A stretch of 63,215 bases of DNA, filler included. It is 4 parts of 4 records of this genome, joined end to end, with 100 filler letters (N's around TTAATTAATTAA, not from the genome) between each part and the next. Parts side by side here need not be neighbours in the genome. Positions count along the whole stretch, not along the records: positions 56,827 to 63,215 come from SRR20825006_914; 3 more parts are not named here. The stretch is one strand, 5' to 3'. A program made the position numbers and the translations under genes. This document shows, piece after piece, positions 59,131-63,215 of the stretch (its first letter is position 1; each line of letters begins with the position of its first letter). The notes below the pieces were generated by a model. It was not told the DNA's origin and searched no databases. It saw only the letters and a list, made by a program, of their open reading frames with translations.

Positions 59131-60115
59131 CTTGATGTCCCCTGTCGACCAAGCGCCCGGCAAAGGAGAAATAAATCAGCACCATTACCGCCGCAACGGT
59201 AATGCCAACGCCCAGTTCGATAACGATGATGCCGTAGTGTTGGCCGTGGAGTGGATCCTTAGCCAGCACATCGTAGTCAAGAAAGTTGCCACCGTTAACC
59301 ATGGAGACCACACCGACGGCGCCATACAACAGCACACCGACCGCCGCCATCACCCTTACCCAGGCTTGATCAATCACCTGGCGAGCGGAATCCAGCCCGA
59401 ACAACATGGTGTAAACAATTATCGCCGCGGCAAAGATCACCCCTGCCTGGAAGCCGCCACCGGGACCATAGTCGCCGTGGAACTGGACATACAGAGCGAA
59501 AAGCAGAATAGGCGCGATCAGCACCTTGCTGACGATACGCAGAATTTTATGTTGACTGGCCTTCAGTAAGTGACTGGAAAGCGGTTTGGTCGCCCTGTCG
59601 CCAACCATCAGCAATGACAGCACACCGACACCGGCGGTAAAAATCACTGTGACCTCACCAAAGGTATCGAAGCCGCGATAGGTCGCCAGCACCGACGTAA
59701 CAATGTTGGGAATACCCACTTCTTGTCCCGATTGCTCGATGTAGCGCGGCGCAACATGCTGCTGTGCCGGCGCATCCGGCGCACCAAACGCGGGCATATC
59801 CATGGTAGCCACTAACAACAATGCACCAGTGATGCTCACCAACACCAGGGCAGACAGCGACCAGCGATGGGGAAGCTTTTCGTAGCGCCCAACAATCGCC
59901 ATGGTTGTAAACATAAGCAGCGGCGAAATCCCGGCACCCACGGCCGCCTCAGTAAACGCCACATCCACGGCATCCATTGTCACAAAGAAATTGGCGGACA
60001 GCAGTCCGTAGATCGACGACAACATCACCACAGACAGCAGGTCGCGATTCACCGCTATACCAATCGCGGTGGCAATCAGCATACTCAGCAAACTGATATC
60101 GATAAAAAGTTCTAT
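59123..60115 (-). CDS. mrpB: DUF4040 + MnhB fusion subunit (MrpB)
   Basis: AVDVAFTEAAVG, NIVTSVLATYRGFDTFGE and HGDYGPGGGFQAG motifs; start ATA 60115 inferred from the RBS, otherwise TTG 60091. Confidence 0.85.
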   Translation of the reverse strand: MELFIDISLLSMLIATAIGIAVNRDLLSVVMLSSIYGLLSANFFVTMDAVDVAFTEAAVGAGISPLLMFTTMAIVGRYEKLPHRWSLSALVLVSITGALLLVATMDMPAFGAPDAPAQQHVAPRYIEQSGQEVGIPNIVTSVLATYRGFDTFGEVTVIFTAGVGVLSLLMVGDRATKPLSSHLLKASQHKILRIVSKVLIAPILLFALYVQFHGDYGPGGGFQAGVIFAAAIIVYTMLFGLDSARQVIDQAWVRVMAAVGVLLYGAVGVVSMVNGGNFLDYDVLAKDPLHGQHYGIIVIELGVGITVAAVMVLIYFSFAGRLVDRGHQDD

Positions 60116-60143
60116 GGCGAAATCCTCCGGGCCTTTATCACAT

Positions 60144-60461
60144 TCACCGCTGCAGCGACTTTCCGGTTAACGGCTTTACGCCTGCCTTCCACGCCGCCTT
60201 GCCCAAAGCATGGCTGGATGTTGGGCCGGTAATCAGCAAAAACGCCAGTATCATCATCAATTTGAGAAGTACCAGGCTAAAGCCAGCGAGCAACATCAGC
60301 GCCAGCAGTATCAGGCATGCACCGAGGGTGTCAGTAATCCCGGCCGCATGCATACGACTGTACACATCGGGAAAACGTAACACGCCAATACCGCCAGACA
60401 ATAATAAGAAGCTGCCAGCGGCGAGCAGGACGGCGCTCAATAACTCATAGGCCTCCATCAC
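60144..60461 (-). CDS. mrpG: Mrp antiporter subunit G
   Basis: GVLRFPDVYSRMHAA and PTSSHAL motifs. Confidence 0.92.
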   Translation of the reverse strand: MMEAYELLSAVLLAAGSFLLLSGGIGVLRFPDVYSRMHAAGITDTLGACLILLALMLLAGFSLVLLKLMMILAFLLITGPTSSHALGKAAWKAGVKPLTGKSLQR

Positions 60462-60739
60462 GCGTCCTCCTCTTGGCTACTGCGATGTTCATCTTCCAGG
60501 TATTCAATAAGCCTGAGCATACCGATCACGCCAATAAAGTTAATCAGCGCGTATACCATCGCAATATCTAAAAATTCTGGCCGACCAAATAGAAAGCCAA
60601 TCACCGCTATCAATAGGACGGTTTTGGTTCCGAACATATTCGCTGCAAGAATGCGATCAAATACGGTGGGGCCTACAAACGCTCGGGACAGCGCCAAGGC
60701 CATAACCAGTAGCAACGTCACTGTGGTAACTGTCAGCAT
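60458..60739 (-). CDS. mrpF: Mrp antiporter subunit F
   Basis: GPTVFDRILA and LDIAMVYALINF motifs. Confidence 0.92.
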   Translation of the reverse strand: MLTVTTVTLLLVMALALSRAFVGPTVFDRILAANMFGTKTVLLIAVIGFLFGRPEFLDIAMVYALINFIGVIGMLRLIEYLEDEHRSSQEEDA

Positions 60740-61209
60740 CACTCTTCCAACCCGCAAACTCGTCGGCTCATCTCACCGCTTTTCAGCTCAGCCATGCCGT
60801 CACTACTGAGGGAGTGCACCAAAATATAATCGTCTTCAACCACCACAGAGAGCGTACCCGGCGTCAAATTAATGGAGTTCGCGTAAATCACCCGGCCGAT
60901 ATCCGTCTTCTGAGGGGCCGGTACTCGCTCGAATTGCGGGCTGATTGACGACGGTCCCCGCCAGGCACGTATCACCACGTCGATATTGCTGGCGACGATT
61001 TTTTTGAACAACCAGAAGTAGTAAGCAGGAAGTTTTGTGGTGAGATGCAGCGGCTGTGACTCGTGATCGACAACATCCATACGATGAGTGATCCACAGCA
61101 CGAGGGCGATGGACACAACCCCAAAGCTCAGTAACAGCGCATCATAATGGCCGGAATTCCCCAGCCAAATAGCGGCCAACACCAGAGTTACACTGGCAGT
61201 ATGTCGCAT
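60739..61209 (-). CDS. mrpE: Mrp antiporter subunit E
   Basis: SNIDV and ANSINLTPGT...VHSL motifs. Confidence 0.9.
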   Translation of the reverse strand: MRHTASVTLVLAAIWLGNSGHYDALLLSFGVVSIALVLWITHRMDVVDHESQPLHLTTKLPAYYFWLFKKIVASNIDVVIRAWRGPSSISPQFERVPAPQKTDIGRVIYANSINLTPGTLSVVVEDDYILVHSLSSDGMAELKSGEMSRRVCGLEE

Positions 61210-61417
61210 AAGTCTCCTAACAGCACAGCGAGTCGTTGCCTTGCGAAAACCTGAGGTGCATCGCCCCACGAACTCCGACAACGGATTGTTATTTTATTGA
61301 CCTAGATCATACCAAAAGCGCGAAAAATCGTTGTTTTTGGTCGCCAGGGCCCTTGGATTGTAAAAAAGGTTCTCTCACAGAGTCCAGAAAAATCGGTTCT
61401 AATTGCCCACCGCCCAC

Positions 61418-62980
61418 TCAAGCCTCGGTCGCCGTCAGGTTTTTCGACGCCGTTTTCACTTCCTCGCACCGCTGCTGTGCCCTCACTGAAGGCTGCCCCT
61501 GCAGCGCATAGTGGTTTAATCCCGGCATATGAACCTGGCGAATGTAGTGCTGCCAATCAATCACTCCGGCATCCACGGGAAACAACTCCTGATCGACAGC
61601 GCCCATCGACTTCGATAAAGAGAGCAACTTGTCGCCGTGAAAGCAGTAATTGGGCTGAGCATAGAAAGAGAATATTTTGGAGAGCTCGACAGCGGTGTCG
61701 ATATTTCGCCGCGCCCTGAGCTTGCCGCGCCGCCCGAGGCGACGCAGTATCGCGCCAACAATCGTCAGCGCCACCTGAACGCACATTGCGACGCTACTGA
61801 ACACGCGCTTATCCACCGCCGTAAATCGCCGGCGGGGCGGCGCGTTAAACAGCTTGTCGTAGTCACCGTGATGACTGCTGGCTTCTGCCACCAAGTGGTC
61901 AATAAAGTCTCCCAGCATTAGTGGGTTACGGCCACCGCTACAACATTGATAAATGCGATGCTGGCCCGGTTCGAGCAGCTGCTCGGCTGTCGAGAGCAAT
62001 ACCGCATTGGCCACGAGATCGGCCGGGATAATATCGATCACCCCGGCCCGCTTACCGGGAAAGAACGCAACCTTGCCGCGCGCATATGCCATCAACACCG
62101 CGTCGGCGACCTTGACCCCCTCAATCCACCCTGGGCTCGGCTCGCGCAGTGTGCTCTCGATGATCGACGGACGAATAACCGTCAGCGAATAGCCTCGCAT
62201 CACCTTGTACAAATATTGTTCACCCAGCCACTTGGTGAAGGTATAGGTATCGTTCCAGCCCGCAGCTTGCGCTTCCTTCGCGCCATGCTCTATGAGCTTG
62301 GCCTTTAGCGCCCGCCCCTCGTATTGCCCGCGCAACGCCTCAACAAGGCGTTGCAAGCGCTCAATCAAGGCCGAGGTTTCGTAGAATCTACCCGGCCCCT
62401 CGGGTAACGCCAGCCCAACAGGCCCCTCGGACGTCTCGTGGATATCACCCGCTCGGTAGCCGTTTACATAACAAGTGGACACGTGAACAAGAGGTATATT
62501 TCCCCCCAACTCACAGAGTTTGGCGACGTTTTCCAGGGAGAACGTATTGATTTCCAGCGCTCGATCCAACTCTTCACGAAAATTTACACTCGCTGCGGAA
62601 TTGATCACCACATCGAGCTTGTCAGCCAGCGCCGCAAAGTCTGCACGCGTCAGACCAAACCGCGGTGCAGTAATTTCCCCCGTCACACAGTGAACGCGGC
62701 TTGCAATCAGCGCCTCAAAGCCTTCTTGCCCCAGTTCATGTCGCAAGGTGTCAAAAATGGAGGAGCGGATCACTTCTTCCCGAAAGCGATCAGTGGCATC
62801 ACGAAAATGTCGATTGCCCCGCATGAGTAAGTAAATACCGCCCACACCGGGCGTGGTGCGCAGAATCTTCTCCAACAACACCTTGCCCAGGAACCCCGTC
62901 GTACCGGTAATCAGCACCTGCTTACCCGTCAGGGCCGCTATCGTCGACGACTTATCTCGATTCAGATCCCGCATCCTCAT
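61418..62980 (-). CDS. Fatty acyl-CoA reductase (FAR, male-sterility-domain type)
   Basis: ITGTTGFLGKV Rossmann motif, SAASVNF, HVSTCYV, NDTYTFTK (YxxxK), RPSII, DIIPAD, and a C-terminal domain ending IDW...MPGL. Confidence 0.9.
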   Translation of the reverse strand: MRMRDLNRDKSSTIAALTGKQVLITGTTGFLGKVLLEKILRTTPGVGGIYLLMRGNRHFRDATDRFREEVIRSSIFDTLRHELGQEGFEALIASRVHCVTGEITAPRFGLTRADFAALADKLDVVINSAASVNFREELDRALEINTFSLENVAKLCELGGNIPLVHVSTCYVNGYRAGDIHETSEGPVGLALPEGPGRFYETSALIERLQRLVEALRGQYEGRALKAKLIEHGAKEAQAAGWNDTYTFTKWLGEQYLYKVMRGYSLTVIRPSIIESTLREPSPGWIEGVKVADAVLMAYARGKVAFFPGKRAGVIDIIPADLVANAVLLSTAEQLLEPGQHRIYQCCSGGRNPLMLGDFIDHLVAEASSHHGDYDKLFNAPPRRRFTAVDKRVFSSVAMCVQVALTIVGAILRRLGRRGKLRARRNIDTAVELSKIFSFYAQPNYCFHGDKLLSLSKSMGAVDQELFPVDAGVIDWQHYIRQVHMPGLNHYALQGQPSVRAQQRCEEVKTASKNLTATEA

Positions 62981-63215
62981 TGCCCCCTATCGCGAATTTC
63001 ACCGCCACATTGATCGGCCTCTAACGCTAGCAAGCGCAGTTGACGACCACATGACACCTCGCCGGCATCCCCTCTGCCGCTTTGTAGGTAATTCACTTGC
63101 AGGAAACACGCCAGTTATCGTGTCACTCAACGAACCCTGTAGAAGAGGCATCGGTTTTTTCGATCGGATTCAACAACAAACACGACCCATACTGAATCGC
63201 TCCGGCCATACACTA

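Overview
The window is not one locus. Four unrelated bacterial contigs are joined by 100-bp artificial spacers (N44-TTAATTAATTAA-N44 at 23940-24039, 47787-47886 and 56727-56826). (1) 1-23939 is a GC-rich, Roseobacter/Rhodobacteraceae-like alphaproteobacterial fragment. It carries fabB, an inserted VOC gene, fabI, a GMC oxidoreductase, a hydrolase cluster, a Tet-type MFS, a succinate/propionyl-CoA transferase and an M23 protein. It ends in an ectoine/hydroxyectoine uptake and catabolism cluster (eutD/doeA-argE-gntR divergent from ehuBCDA-eutB-eutC-asnC-ssd-atf), where an M20A ArgE-type deacetylase sits where EutE/DoeB is expected. (2) 24040-47786 is a medium-GC Hyphomicrobiales-like (Devosiaceae-like, inferred) fragment: icd, marR-fabF with three copies of a palindromic operator, three GFA genes, hpt, araC/peroxiredoxin, GNATs, trmJ, a YtrA-type ABC operon, rpsD, sbmA, ttcA, three MFS genes, ytoQ, grxD, bolA and purL. 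Two accessory genes here are each followed by a decayed copy of the 3' end of the gene upstream. (3) 47887-56726 is an AT-rich Flavobacteriaceae-like fragment: tadA, dxs, two tandem T9SS-secreted M36 metallopeptidases with PA domains, and a partial dgt. (4) 56827-63215 is a probably gammaproteobacterial fragment: a fatty acyl-CoA reductase and an Mrp antiporter operon in E-F-G-B-C-D-D order, with a probable ATA start for mrpB. I found no rRNA, tRNA, CRISPR array, transposase or integrase. Taxonomic labels and family calls come from motif recognition only; no database searches were run.
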